The position numbers were made by a program, and so were the translations under genes. Shown here one piece after another: positions 39,095 through 51,197 of a DNA stretch of 64,000 nt (positions are counted from its first letter, which is position 1; every line of letters starts with the position of its first letter). The DNA lies in the NCBI GenBank assembly GCA_050613775.1, contig JBODTK010000121.1, positions 434,001 to 498,000 on the forward strand, written 5' to 3'. The DNA is from Neocallimastix sp. 'constans'. Taxonomy: Eukaryota. Below the pieces are notes generated by a model. It was not told the DNA's origin, made no database searches, and saw only the letters and a list, made by a program, of their open reading frames with translations.

Positions 39095-41299
39095 AATTTA
39101 TTATTATTATTTAAAAATTAGAATTTAAATACATTTTTTACTCCTTAATTTAGTATAAAATGTATTTAAATTCTAAGTAATATATTGTATAAAATATTTT
39201 ATTTAAATCTTTCTTTGATATTTTAACCGGAAGTAAAAAAAAAAAAAAAATAAATTTTAAAATAAAAAAAAATAAATAAGTTCAAATAACTTTTAACACA
39301 ATTTATAATTTATTCCATATTTTTTCCCTTTTATTACTATTCTTTACTATTACGTTTCTTATTCTATAATTATAGAATAAAATAATAGTAAAATAATAAA
39401 ATATAATAAAATAATTAATAATTAACATAATTAATAATATTAAACCTTTTTCATAAGTAAGTTTGTATTTCTATTATATTTAAATATTTTTTAATTTAAA
39501 TAATAAAAATTTACTATTTAAATATAAAAGAAATACTAATTTATTATTTTAAACTTTTATATTTTTAGTTGTGCCTATCACTTTATAATAACATTGATGG
39601 TTTTATTTGTTTTATTTTAATTAGCCACTTATGATTAATAAGTAATTGGAAAAAAATAAAAAATAAATAAAGATATCAACTTAATTAAAGTAATTTAAAA
39701 TTTTACAATTTAGTTTACTATTTGATATATCATTAGTTGATACTTTTTAGTTATTGTTAATTATTACCTATTCAATTATTTAATATTAATTGTTATTACC
39801 TATTCAATTATTTAATATTAATTGTTAACTATTTAATATTTAATATTAATTATTTATATTATATAATTAAAGAATGTTTTTTTTTTAATAAAATAAATTT
39901 AAAAAAAAATAAAAATAAAAATTATTTAAAGAAATTTTTTAATGCAATAGTATATTATGATTATATCTTAATGTATATTAATATATATTAATACAACAAA
40001 TATTTGTTGTATCACATAAAATGTTTACATATGTAAGACCTATTTAATATATTAAAAAAAAAAACTCTTTGATTAAAAAAAAAAATACCAAATATAAAAT
40101 ATTATATGAAGATTATATATTTGTAATTTAATGTATTAATGAATTATCATTGGTGAAAAAAAAAAAGAATAAACAATAATAATTATTAAAAGAAAAAGTT
40201 TTTTCAGTGGCAAACCAATTCATTATAATTGGATTAGACTTTATTATATCCAAAGAATTTCCTTTTATAGTTAACTTTTTTTGAAAAATTCTTTTAATAA
40301 TAATAAGGTTTGAAGATTAAAGTTCTATAAAAATTTTTAATATATATCATTTTATAAATAATATATAAATATATTAAAATATTGATTTAAATGTATTATG
40401 GATTACAATCTTTTTTATAAATTAAAATATATTATTTAATATTATTTATATTTTATTTAGATTTTCATCATCATAATTATAATAATAATATAATATATTA
40501 ATTTTTAAATCATTTTATAATTATTCCATTATTTATTTCATTCATTTATACATGTATTGAGATATTCTTGAGTAACATCATGGTATTTTAACATAATTAT
40601 ATTTTATTGTATTTTTTTTTTAAATAAATTTAAACGAAATTCGTATATTAATATTATTATAAAATATAAATTAAAAATAAAAAATAAAATAAAAAATAAA
40701 AAATAAAAAAAAATAAAATAAAAATAAGGAAACAAATAAAAAAAAAAAATAGAAGTAATAATAATAATAGTGATAAAAGGCTGAGAAAAGATAGACAAAT
40801 AAAGTATCTTTGTAAATGCCAAAAACTTTGAAAAATATCTTTAATAAATAAGTCAACTTTCAAATTACTTATTGCTTTATACCATATTTATAAAAATATT
40901 AATAAATTTAATTATTTATGTAATATATAATAAATATATATATACATATATATATATATATTTTTTGTAAAATAAAAAAAAAATAAAATATTTCAATTAA
41001 TTGTAACTTAATTAATAACGATAATAATAATAAAAAAAAAGGGTTTATCATTACCTATGAATCAATGGCATGTTTGTTGAAACGTAGAAAATATAAAGTT
41101 TTTCATATATTGATATATATTTGTTATTTTCTTTTATTATATTGTCTATTTAATTTTTATAGCCTTTTTTTTTTTTTTCTGTTACTTATTATTACTTTTT
41201 ATATTCAATATTGATATATCTGTATATATACATAAAAGAAAAAAAAGTATTTTAAAAATAATTATACAATTATATCAAACATTTAATTTATATTTTTTT

Positions 41300-41645
41300 A
41301 TATTTATATTTTATATTTATATTTATATTTATATTTATATTTATATTTATATTTATATTTATATTTATATTTATATTTATTTTTATATTTTATATTTATA
41401 TTTTATATTTATATTTTATATTTATATTTATATTTATATTTATATTTATATTTATATTTATATTTATATTTATATTTATATTTAATATTTATATTTATAT
41501 TTAATATTTATATTTATATTTATATTTATTTTTATATTTATATTTATATTTATATTTATATTTATATTTATATTTATATTTATATTTATATTTATATTTA
41601 TATTTATATTTATATTTATATTTATATTTATATTTATATTTATAT
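41300..41645. repeat. (TATATT)n microsatellite
   Basis: Long near-perfect hexamer array. Confidence 0.95.
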
Positions 41646-42909
41646 TTTTTTAAAATTTTAATATTTAAGTTCTTTATATAAACTTATTATTTTTTAAAGC
41701 ATAAACATATAAAATCTATCTTTTATAATAAAATATAAATAGCAAATTCAATTTTTATATATAAAATCGATATGCTTTATTACAGTAATTAAATAATTTT
41801 GGTTCTACTTATAAAAAAAACTGAATGAAATATGTATAAAATAAAAAACTTTTTTTCTTTCTTTTTTTCTTTTTTATCAAATTTATCAAATGTTTATGCA
41901 ATGATATAATACAAATAAATTAAAAATTCCTATTTCTTTTTTTTTTTTTTTTTAATTATTAATTTATTATTATTTAATTATTTAATTAATTATTTAATTA
42001 TTTATTATTTATTATTTATTTATTTATTTATTTATCTATTATTTATATTTTATTATTTATTATTATTAAATATTTATTATTTATTATTTTTATGATAATT
42101 ATTTATAATTCAATTATTTGTTATTTATTTATTAAATATTTTTATTGAAATATATCTATTTTTTTTCAATAAAATGGTTTCCTTTTTTGATTTTATATTC
42201 TAAAAAAATAATAATATAGAAATTATATAATGGAATTATAATAGAATATATATAAAAATAAAATTAAGTAATATATAAATAAAATAGAGATATAAAAATA
42301 TTTATATTTATAGTAACTTTTTTTTTTTTTGTTTGTTTTTAATAAGGTAAAAAGTTAATAAGTACCTATTTATTCATTTATTTTTTAATTAATACTTATT
42401 TATTTATTTATAAATAAGTGTAATTGATAAAATAGTTTTATTAATTGTTTTTTTAAAAAATAATTTATGCAAAGTTAAAGAAAGAAAGAAAGAAAGAAAG
42501 AAACTCTTTCTACGTATTAATTTAAATAAAAAAAAAAAAAAAAAGGTTTTTGGATGTTTTAATTAATATTTAATTATAATTACATAAATAAGTAATTAAA
42601 TAAAATAAATAAGGTTTAGGCATAATAAAAATTAATCAAATGAATTTTAATGGTATTTTGTTTGAAAGAAAACTTTTTTTTATAAAGAATAGATGTTTAT
42701 AAACTATAGTTTAATATTTTTAGTTATTATTAAATAAATAATAAATATTCTGTGTCCTATAAGAATTTATAATATTTATTTATTGTTCATTATTATATTT
42801 TTAATTCATATAAATCTGTAAATAAAAAAAAAAAAACTTAAAAAATAATTTAACTAATTTTTTGAAATTGAAAATGAAAGTAAAATTTAAATTAAAAAAA
42901 AATAAATAA

Positions 42910-42945
<36 letters not shown>

Positions 42946-44420
42946 AAAAAAAAAGACTTAAAAAAAAATATTTAAATAAAGAAGAGAAATTTAAAACAAT
43001 TTAACCGATTTTATTAAATATTAATGTTACAGTTATAAAAAGAATAAAAATATAATTAATAATAAATTTAAATATAATATATTCATTATTCAGAAAAAAA
43101 AATATTATTATTTATTTGTATTCTACTAATTAAATAATAATTAAAAAAAATTATATTATCTTTTTTTTTTTTTTTTTTTTTGATTATTATTTATATATTA
43201 ACAAAAATTTATTATAAAAAAATAATATGAGCATGTATAAATTTTTACATTTTATGGTTTATCCATTCAACTTTTTTTTATGGAGGATTAAAATAAATTT
43301 ATGATATTTTAATTTACATTTTAATTAATATTTTTTATTTTATTACATTTATTTTATTAAAATTTTTTTTTTATAATTTTAAATTTTTAAATAGAATAAT
43401 ATTACAAATAAATTGGATATATAATAATATTATATTGTTTATATGGTTCATGATACAAATAATTTAGTTTTAAAAAATTTTATATTTTCTATAAGCCTCT
43501 TTTATATAATTCAAATGAAAAAATGTATTTAATGTATTAAAATTGGTATGATCCATTAAATGTATTTTATATGTATAAATATCTTTAAATTATGTATTAT
43601 TAAAAAGTAAAGTCTTTTTGATTCAAATAAATAAAACATATTTTAATTATTTTCAAATCAGTAAATATAACCAACTATTTTTTGATGGATATTATTTAAA
43701 AACTTTTTAAAAGTATTTTATGTCCTTTATAATTAATTATTTATTATATATTATTTATTATGTCTTTTTTATTATTTATTATTTATTATTTATTATTATT
43801 TATTTATATTTATTATTTATTTATATTTATTATTTATTATCTATATTTATTATTTATTATTTATTATTTATTATTTATTATTTATTATTTATATTTATTA
43901 TTTATTATTTATATTTATTATTTATTAAAGTAATGAAATATTTTTTTTTTAAAAAAAAAAATAGAAAAAAAAGAAAAAATTTATACTTTTAAAGTAAAAA
44001 CAAAAAAAAATTACCAATAGGTAAAAAATATTGTTTTATGATTTAATAAATAAGTTAATAAAAATAAATACATATGATTTTTTTTTTTTATTTTATTTGT
44101 TTTTACTTCTTTCTTTATAAATCGTCTAGGAATTAACTTCACTCTTTATATGTATGTACATAAAATAAATTATAAATTGTTTTGAGGATAAGGATGATAA
44201 AGAACTTCTAGCTGATTCTTTTCTTTTCCTTTCCTTTCATTTGATAGTAATTTTAATTGAATTTTTTTCATTCTTTCTGTCTTATTTTATTTTATTTTAT
44301 TTTTTGGTTATTAGCATACAAAATCGTTTGTTGAGGAAACCAAAACAAAAACAAGACTAAAAAAAAAAAAAATTATAAATTTATAAATATATAAAATATA
44401 TAATATATAGTAATATATAT

Positions 44421-44600
44421 GAATCTAGTTCATTTCGTAATGTGGTGTGTTTTGTATGTGACTTGTTTTTTAATAATTAAATAAATAATAATTAAATAAA
44501 TAATAATTAAATAAATAATAAATATCTTTTTTTTTTTTTATATATATATATAATTTATTAATATTCAATTATAAAAATAATTTTTTATAAAAAAAAAATT
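44421..44600. mobile_element. Partial copy of the same MULE-family MITE, inverted relative to 38803-39094
   Basis: GAATCTAGTTCATTTCGTAATGTGGTGTG and the following (AATAATTAAATA)n tract match the reverse complement of ~38940-39094. Confidence 0.75.
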
Positions 44601-44673
44601 TTTTTTTTATAATTCTTTTTTAATAGAATATATTATTATTTCTTTTGAAATAGTTATTTAATAATATTAATTA

Positions 44674-44704
<31 letters not shown>

Positions 44705-44708
44705 TATA

Positions 44709-45196
44709 GACTTAGAGAATAACTTTATTTAATTTATAATAATAATAATAATAAAATTTCATGATTGAAATGAAAAAAAATAAAAATACATGAAATAAAA
44801 TATTATATTTTATATAATTATAAAAGTGCATTAGAAGCAATAGTTTATAATTTTTCCCATTCTTCGATGATAACACCGCGTCCATTATTGCAAAGTAATA
44901 ATTTCAGTATTAGTGTTGTCAAAAGAATCTGAATCTGTATCAGATTTTTCACTGGTAGGTGAAAATCCATGCCTTATTATATCATTTCGACGTCGACGCT
45001 TTTTAGCAACCATAGATTCAGTAGAATACCATTTCATTATCAATCCAAAAGATCGACAAATTAATTGGTAGTACGTTTGTTTGTTAGAAACTCCACAATC
45101 CCCACAATATACACAAAATACGGAGCTGTCGATGAGGTTGAACTTTATTTAAAAAATATTGTCAACTAATTGTTTTTGTTCCCCATCATTAAGTTT

Positions 45197-45240
<44 letters not shown>

Positions 45241-45381
45241 CATTTATTGAAACGCCGCCAAGAAGAGCACTCAATATAAAATAATAAATATTATTATTAT
45301 CATAATCCTTTTCTGAATCTAAAAAAAACATCCAAGGAATTTTTTTTTTTTTTTTTTTGATCAATTATCATTGCAAACTTC

Positions 45382-45413
<32 letters not shown>

Positions 45414-45545
45414 CATCTAGAAAAGGTAAAGATTTATTTCTGTAATTTTCCAATTCTTTACAGGCAAAAGGATCCAGTGAGAAAAGCTAGGTACTACTAA
45501 CAAACACCACAACATGGACAACATTTAGAGCAATCTTCTGAGACT
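44709..45545 (-). mobile_element. LINE 3'-end relic, copy 1
   Basis: Minus-strand fragments CSKCCPCCG...FSHWIL...CKELENYRNKSLPFLDE resemble the C-terminal CCHC finger of LINE ORF2. The 3' end carries AATAAA followed by a (TA)n tail. Homologous to 53673-54261. Confidence 0.65.
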
Positions 45546-45546
45546 A

Positions 45547-45582
<36 letters not shown>

Positions 45583-45944
45583 ATGAGAAATACTAATATT
45601 AAAATTTAAAAGTTATACCTAAATTCAAGAAATTCAGAAAAAAAAAAAATCCTAATTGATACTTAGGATATTGAAATGTTTAAGTTTTTTTTTGACTTTT
45701 GAAATAAATCTAAAATTATTCTCCTTGTAAATAATTGCTTTTTTATTTATTTATTTATTTATTTATTTATCTGTTTAGCTTTTGAGGGTTTGAAGACATC
45801 TTTTTCTCAATAAAACTTTTTTTTTTTTTATATCATTTAATTTTTTTATTCAAAGTCCTTGCATCTTTAATCTATGCCATGAGTAATGTTGACAATTAGT
45901 AGGAATATGATTGAGTGAGATAGTTAATAATAATAATACATGAT

Positions 45945-45981
<37 letters not shown>

Positions 45982-46266
45982 CTTTTTATAGAGCATCTTT
46001 TCTTATTGGAAACCGAAAAAGAAATGAGAGAGAGAGAGAGAGAGAGCATAATATAAAACAATAATAAATAAATAAACATTTAATAATATAAAGTTAACTC
46101 AAAATAACCCTTCATCATAATATATATTTATTTTAATATAAAGTTTTTAAACATACAAATTCCAAATTACTTAATAATAATAATAAAAATTAATAAAAAT
46201 TAATAAATAATATATATTATATATATAAAATAAAAAAAAAAATTTGTAGATAATAATTAGATAATA

Positions 46267-46307
<41 letters not shown>

Positions 46308-47042
46308 GTCTTTATAAATAAATTAAAAAAAAAGATAAAAAATAAAAAAAAAAAAATAAAATATAAAATAAAAAAAAAGATAAAAATTAAAAAAAAAAAG
46401 ATAAAAAAAAAAAAAAATTATTTTAAAAAATTAAAATTTTTTATGGATGGATGAATGAAGTTTTTAAATTTTTTAAATTTTTTAAAATTTTTAATTTTAA
46501 AATTTTTTTTTTTTTTTTCCTTCTTTTATTTTATTTTATTTTATTTTATTTTATTTTTGAGAAGAGAGTAAAAAAAAAAAAAAAAAAAGAAAGGAATAAA
46601 ATATATATATATATATATATATAAATTTTTTTAAATATTTAATATTCAATTTTTAATTTTTTTTTTCATTCCTTCTTTTTTATTTATTTAGTAAATTAAA
46701 GAATGAAAAGTAAAGAAAAAAAAAAGTTAATACAATCTTTTTTTTTTTTTTTATAAATATTAATTTTATTTTATTTTATTTTATTTTATTTTTTGTTTTT
46801 ACTTTTTTATGGAGTTAAATTTTATATATATGTTATTTATAAAAAAAAAAAAAAAAAAATTAAAAACTTAAATTTAAAATTATTAATTAATATAATATAA
46901 ATTTTATTTATTGATATAATTACAATGATTATTACTTTTTTTTTTTTTTTTTTTTTATCATTTTATTATTATTATTATAGTTATTATTATAGTTATTATT
47001 ATTATTTTTTTTAACTTTTCACTAATCATTTTATATTGATGC

Positions 47043-50000
47043 TTAAACAAGTTCAATACCACCAGCTTCTTCAAATTGTTTTCTAAGATATTCCTTATAG
47101 TCACGAATATCACCTTCCCATGGTGTAACCTTTTGATTTTCAACAACCCAAATTTCCTTAGTAACTTGATCAATTAAACGGAAATCGTGAGAAATTAATA
47201 CAACACCACCATCAAAGTTATCAATTGCTTCGGCTAAAGCATCAATAGTTTCAATATCCAAGTGGTTAGTAGGTTCATCAAGGAAAAGAATATGTGGATT
47301 ACGCATAGCTAACCAAGCAAAAATGACACGACGACATTGACCATCAGAAAGTTGATTCATTGGAATAACTTGACTCTTACCAGTTAAACCGAAACGACCA
47401 ATAATTTGTCTCATTTCTTGAGCCTTGTATTCAGGGAATTGTGTAATCATATATTCAACTGGAGATTGTTCCATATTTAATTGTTCGACTAAATGTTGAT
47501 GGAAACGAGCAATACGTAAGTGATGATTACGTTTAACTTCACCAGCTAAGGGTTCAATTTGACCAACTAATAACTTTAAAAGAGTAGACTTACCAGCACC
47601 ATTTGGACCAACAATGGTAACACGAGAATCTAAATCAAGACCAAAGTTAATATCTTTGAAAAGAATATGATCTTTATCGTAACCAAAATCAGCATCACGA
47701 ACTTGTAATACTGGTGGTGGAAGACCACGACCACAGTCATTGAATCTGAATGTGAATTGCTTTTCATTAATGACTTCATCCATATCTTTGGCAGCCTTTT
47801 CTTTTCTTTCTTTAAGCATTTTTTCTTTACCCTTAGATTGTTTAATAGCTCTTGTACCTTCTTTTTGCATCTTTTCTTGCATAAGTTTGTTTTGTTTCTC
47901 TTGAATCTTTTGCTTCTTACGAGCAGCAGCTTCCTTTTCAGCACGGGCTCTGACAAAAGTATCATAATCACCAGTGTAGTAATTAAGCTTACCTCTTTGC
48001 ATATGAATAATATCAGTACAGACACCGTTTAAGAAATCTTGTGAGTGAGAAATAATAAGTAAAGTGTGTTCGTATTGCTTTAAATATTCTTCTAACCATA
48101 CACAAGCACCTAAATCTAAGTGATTAGTTGGTTCATCTAAAAGTAAAAGAGTTGGTTTAACGAAAAGAGCACGAGCTAAAGAAATTCTCATACGCCAACC
48201 ACCAGAGAATTCACGAGTTTTCATAAGAAGCATTTCTTCTGAGAAACCAAGACCTCTTAAAACATCCTTAGCTTTTCTTTCGGCAAAACCAACATCTAAT
48301 TCATTAAGACGTTCCATAATAACTTCTAATCTTGGATCTTCTGTGTTACCTTCAGCTAAGATATCTTCCATTTCAATTTCTAAATTATCTCTTTCACTTT
48401 TTACAATATCTACAACAGCTTCAATAGCAGTCATATCGGTTGCATCAAATTCACGATCAAGAACGTAAATATCAATGGTGTTTGGAATGTAAACATCACG
48501 TCTAGCAATAACTTGAAGTAATGTAGACTTACCACAACCGTTAGCACCTAATAAACCATAACGACGTCCATGAACTAAACTTAAAGTAGTATCCTTAACT
48601 AATTGTTGTCCGAACGCAGAAATTGAGAAGTTGTTAATAAGAATATCTTTAGAATTAATATGAGAAAGATAATCGCCAGTAACATTTAAATTATCTGGCT
48701 TTGGAATAGCTGATCTAGTAGCACGTGTTTTAAGTTCACCAATTTCATCAAATGGAACATCATTAACATTTAATTTTTCTAATTTTTCTGTAACCTTTTC
48801 AATATTTTCTTTTGTCTTATCATCATTATTAGCATTACTTTCAACTTCAGCTGGAGTAGAAACTTCTGAAGCAGAAATAGCAGCAGCTAAAATATCTGTA
48901 GCTTCTACAGTAACACGATTCTTCTTACGACCAGTACGTCTATCCTTCTTCTTTTTTTTACCACTAGTTTTTTCTTGTTCTTTTTCTGGTTCTGGTGTTT
49001 GTACTTCTGGAGTTTCTGTTTCAATTTCTTTAGATTCAGAAGCATCTTCAGTTATTTTAGTTGAATCATCATCATCATCATCTGCATGCTTCTTCTTCTT
49101 CTTCTTCTTTTTCTTTTCACTATCTTCATCATCAACGTCATCTCCTTCGTCATCATGCTTCTTCTTCTTCTTTTTCTTTTTCTTTTTACCATCGTCATCT
49201 TCATTGTCTTCAGCTTCAGCATCTTCATCTTCATCATCTGCATGCTTCTTCTTCTTCTTCTTCTTCTTTTTCTTTTCACTATCTTCATCATCAACGTCAT
49301 CTCCTTCGTCATCATGCTTCTTCTTCTTCTTCTTTTTCTTTTTCTTTTCACCATCGTCATCTTCATTGTCTTCAGCTTCAGCATCTTCATCTTCATCATC
49401 TGCATGCTTCTTCTTCTTCTTCTTCTTCTTTTTCTTTTCACTATCTTCATCATCAACATCATCTCCTTCGTCATCATGCTTCTTCTTCTTCTTCTTTTTC
49501 TTTTTCTTTTCACCATCGTCATCTTCATTGTCTTCAGCTTCAGCATCTTCATCTTCATCATCTGCATGCTTCTTCTTCTTCTTCTTCTTTTTCTTTTCTC
49601 CATCTTCATCATCAACATCATCACCTTCATCATCATGCTTCTTCTTCTTCTTTTTCTTCTTCTTTTCACCATCATCATCTTCATTATCTTCAGCTTCAGC
49701 ATCTTCATCTTCATCATCTGCATGCTTCTTCTTCTTCTTCTTCTTTTTCTTTTCTCCATCCTCATCATCAACATCATCTCCTTCATCATCATGCTTCTTC
49801 TTCTTTTTCTTCTTCTTTTTCTTTTCACTTTCATCGTCATCTCCATTAGCTTCATCTTCATTATCTTCATCATCTTGCTTCTTCTTTTTACTCTTTTTCT
49901 TCTTTTTACCTTCATCTTCACTAACATTTTCTGTACTGATATCTAAAGATTCCATCTTTTCAGCTAAATCAGTTTCTTCATTTTTATCAACAGATTCAGA

Positions 50001-51197
50001 TGCTTCTTTTTCCTTTTGTTCTTGTTCCTCTTGAAGTTTACTAATCATTTCCATTTCAGCATCGAAATCATCAAAGTTATTCTTCTTTCCTTTCTTTCCT
50101 TTCTTTCCTTTTTTACCTTTAGCCATTGGAACTGGCTCTTCTTCTGGTTCTTCTTTTGGTTCCTCCTTTGGTTGTTCTTTTTGTTGTTCTTTTTGTTGTT
50201 CTTCTTCTTGAAGTTTACTAATCATTTCCATTTCAGCATCGAAATCATCAAAGTTATTCTTCTTTCCTTTCTTTCCTTTCTTTCCTTTTTTACCTTTAGC
50301 CATTGGAACTGGCTCTTCTTCTGGTTCTTCTTTTGGTTCCTCCTTTGGTTGTTCTTTTTGTTGTTCTTCTTCTTGAAGTTTACTAATCATTTCCATTTCA
50401 GCATCGAAATCATCAAAGTTATTCTTCTTTCCTTTCTTTCCTTTCTTTCCTTTTTTACCTTTAGCCATTGGAACTGGCTCTTCTTCTGGTTCTTCTTTTG
50501 GTTCCTCCTTTGGTTGTTCTTTTTGTTGTTCTTTTTGTTGTTCTTCTTCTTGAAGTTTACTAATCATTTCCATTTCAGCATCGAAATCATCAAAGTTATT
50601 CTTCTTTCCCTTCTTTCCCTTCTTTCCTTTTTTACCTTTAGCCATTGGAATGACTTCTTCTTCAACATCATTCTCTTGAAGTTTAGCACTTGACTCCATT
50701 TCCGCATCGAAATCATCATCAAAATTATTTTTCTTTTCTTTTTTACCTTTTTTACCTTTTTTTCCTTTAGCAACTGGAACTTCGTCACTCTTAGTACTAC
50801 TTTCTATATCATCATCATCATCAAAATTATTTTTACCTTTTTTACCTTTTTTACCTTTTTTACCCTTTTTACCTTTTGGTTTTATTTCCTCTTCTTCTTC
50901 TTCTTCTTCTTCATTTTCTTGTTTCTCTTCTTCCTCTTCATCAATTAAATCTTCAAATCCATTGTTTTTTTTATTTTTTTTATTCTTTTTATTATTCTTT
51001 TTTGGAGCTATAACAACTTCTTCTTCTTCATCATCACCATCATCATCATTTAATGCTAATAAATCAAAACCAGTTGCCATGGTATTTGATGTTGAATTGA
51101 AATTATCATCATCAAACTTTAAATCATACTTATTATCATCATCACTGTTGAATCCGTAATCCTTATTCTTTTTCTGATTCTTTTTTCCTCTAGCCAT
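47043..51197 (-). CDS. ABCF2: ABC-F family ATPase (ABCF2/Arb1-like core) with a ~830-aa K/E/D-rich repetitive N-terminal extension, 1384 aa
   Basis: Two nucleotide-binding domains and no TM segments: GANGCGKS/FSGGW/LLLLDEPTNHLD and GPNGAGKS/LSDGQ/ILFLDEPTNHLDIETIDALA. LSDGQ and SHDFRLIxQVxxEIWV...WxGDIxxYK are ABCF2-like. Orthology versus paralogy is not established. Confidence 0.9.
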   Translation of the reverse strand: MARGKKNQKKNKDYGFNSDDDNKYDLKFDDDNFNSTSNTMATGFDLLALNDDDGDDEEEEVVIAPKKNNKKNKKNKKNNGFEDLIDEEEEEKQENEEEEEEEEEIKPKGKKGKKGKKGKKGKNNFDDDDDIESSTKSDEVPVAKGKKGKKGKKEKKNNFDDDFDAEMESSAKLQENDVEEEVIPMAKGKKGKKGKKGKKNNFDDFDAEMEMISKLQEEEQQKEQQKEQPKEEPKEEPEEEPVPMAKGKKGKKGKKGKKNNFDDFDAEMEMISKLQEEEQQKEQPKEEPKEEPEEEPVPMAKGKKGKKGKKGKKNNFDDFDAEMEMISKLQEEEQQKEQQKEQPKEEPKEEPEEEPVPMAKGKKGKKGKKGKKNNFDDFDAEMEMISKLQEEQEQKEKEASESVDKNEETDLAEKMESLDISTENVSEDEGKKKKKSKKKKQDDEDNEDEANGDDDESEKKKKKKKKKKHDDEGDDVDDEDGEKKKKKKKKKHADDEDEDAEAEDNEDDDGEKKKKKKKKKHDDEGDDVDDEDGEKKKKKKKKKHADDEDEDAEAEDNEDDDGEKKKKKKKKKKHDDEGDDVDDEDSEKKKKKKKKKKHADDEDEDAEAEDNEDDDGEKKKKKKKKKKHDDEGDDVDDEDSEKKKKKKKKKKHADDEDEDAEAEDNEDDDGKKKKKKKKKKHDDEGDDVDDEDSEKKKKKKKKKHADDDDDDSTKITEDASESKEIETETPEVQTPEPEKEQEKTSGKKKKKDRRTGRKKNRVTVEATDILAAAISASEVSTPAEVESNANNDDKTKENIEKVTEKLEKLNVNDVPFDEIGELKTRATRSAIPKPDNLNVTGDYLSHINSKDILINNFSISAFGQQLVKDTTLSLVHGRRYGLLGANGCGKSTLLQVIARRDVYIPNTIDIYVLDREFDATDMTAIEAVVDIVKSERDNLEIEMEDILAEGNTEDPRLEVIMERLNELDVGFAERKAKDVLRGLGFSEEMLLMKTREFSGGWRMRISLARALFVKPTLLLLDEPTNHLDLGACVWLEEYLKQYEHTLLIISHSQDFLNGVCTDIIHMQRGKLNYYTGDYDTFVRARAEKEAAARKKQKIQEKQNKLMQEKMQKEGTRAIKQSKGKEKMLKERKEKAAKDMDEVINEKQFTFRFNDCGRGLPPPVLQVRDADFGYDKDHILFKDINFGLDLDSRVTIVGPNGAGKSTLLKLLVGQIEPLAGEVKRNHHLRIARFHQHLVEQLNMEQSPVEYMITQFPEYKAQEMRQIIGRFGLTGKSQVIPMNQLSDGQCRRVIFAWLAMRNPHILFLDEPTNHLDIETIDALAEAIDNFDGGVVLISHDFRLIDQVTKEIWVVENQKVTPWEGDIRDYKEYLRKQFEEAGGIELV
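49070..49830 (-). repeat. Coding tandem repeat B in the ABCF gene (156-162 nt, ~5 copies; alternating K9-10 and acidic blocks)
   Basis: Anchor TCTGCATGCTTC recurs at ~49081, 49237, 49399, 49561 and 49717. Confidence 0.93.
50030..50650 (-). repeat. Coding tandem repeat A in the ABCF gene (165-177 nt, ~4 copies)
   Basis: PMAKGKKGKKGKKGKKNNFDDFDAEMEMISKLQEE is repeated four times, nearly identical at the DNA level. Confidence 0.93.

Noticed and set aside
49052..50693. Several long overlapping ORFs (poly-His/Ser, poly-Leu/Phe, Met/Arg-rich)
   Set aside because: Shadow frames of the ABCF coding repeats.
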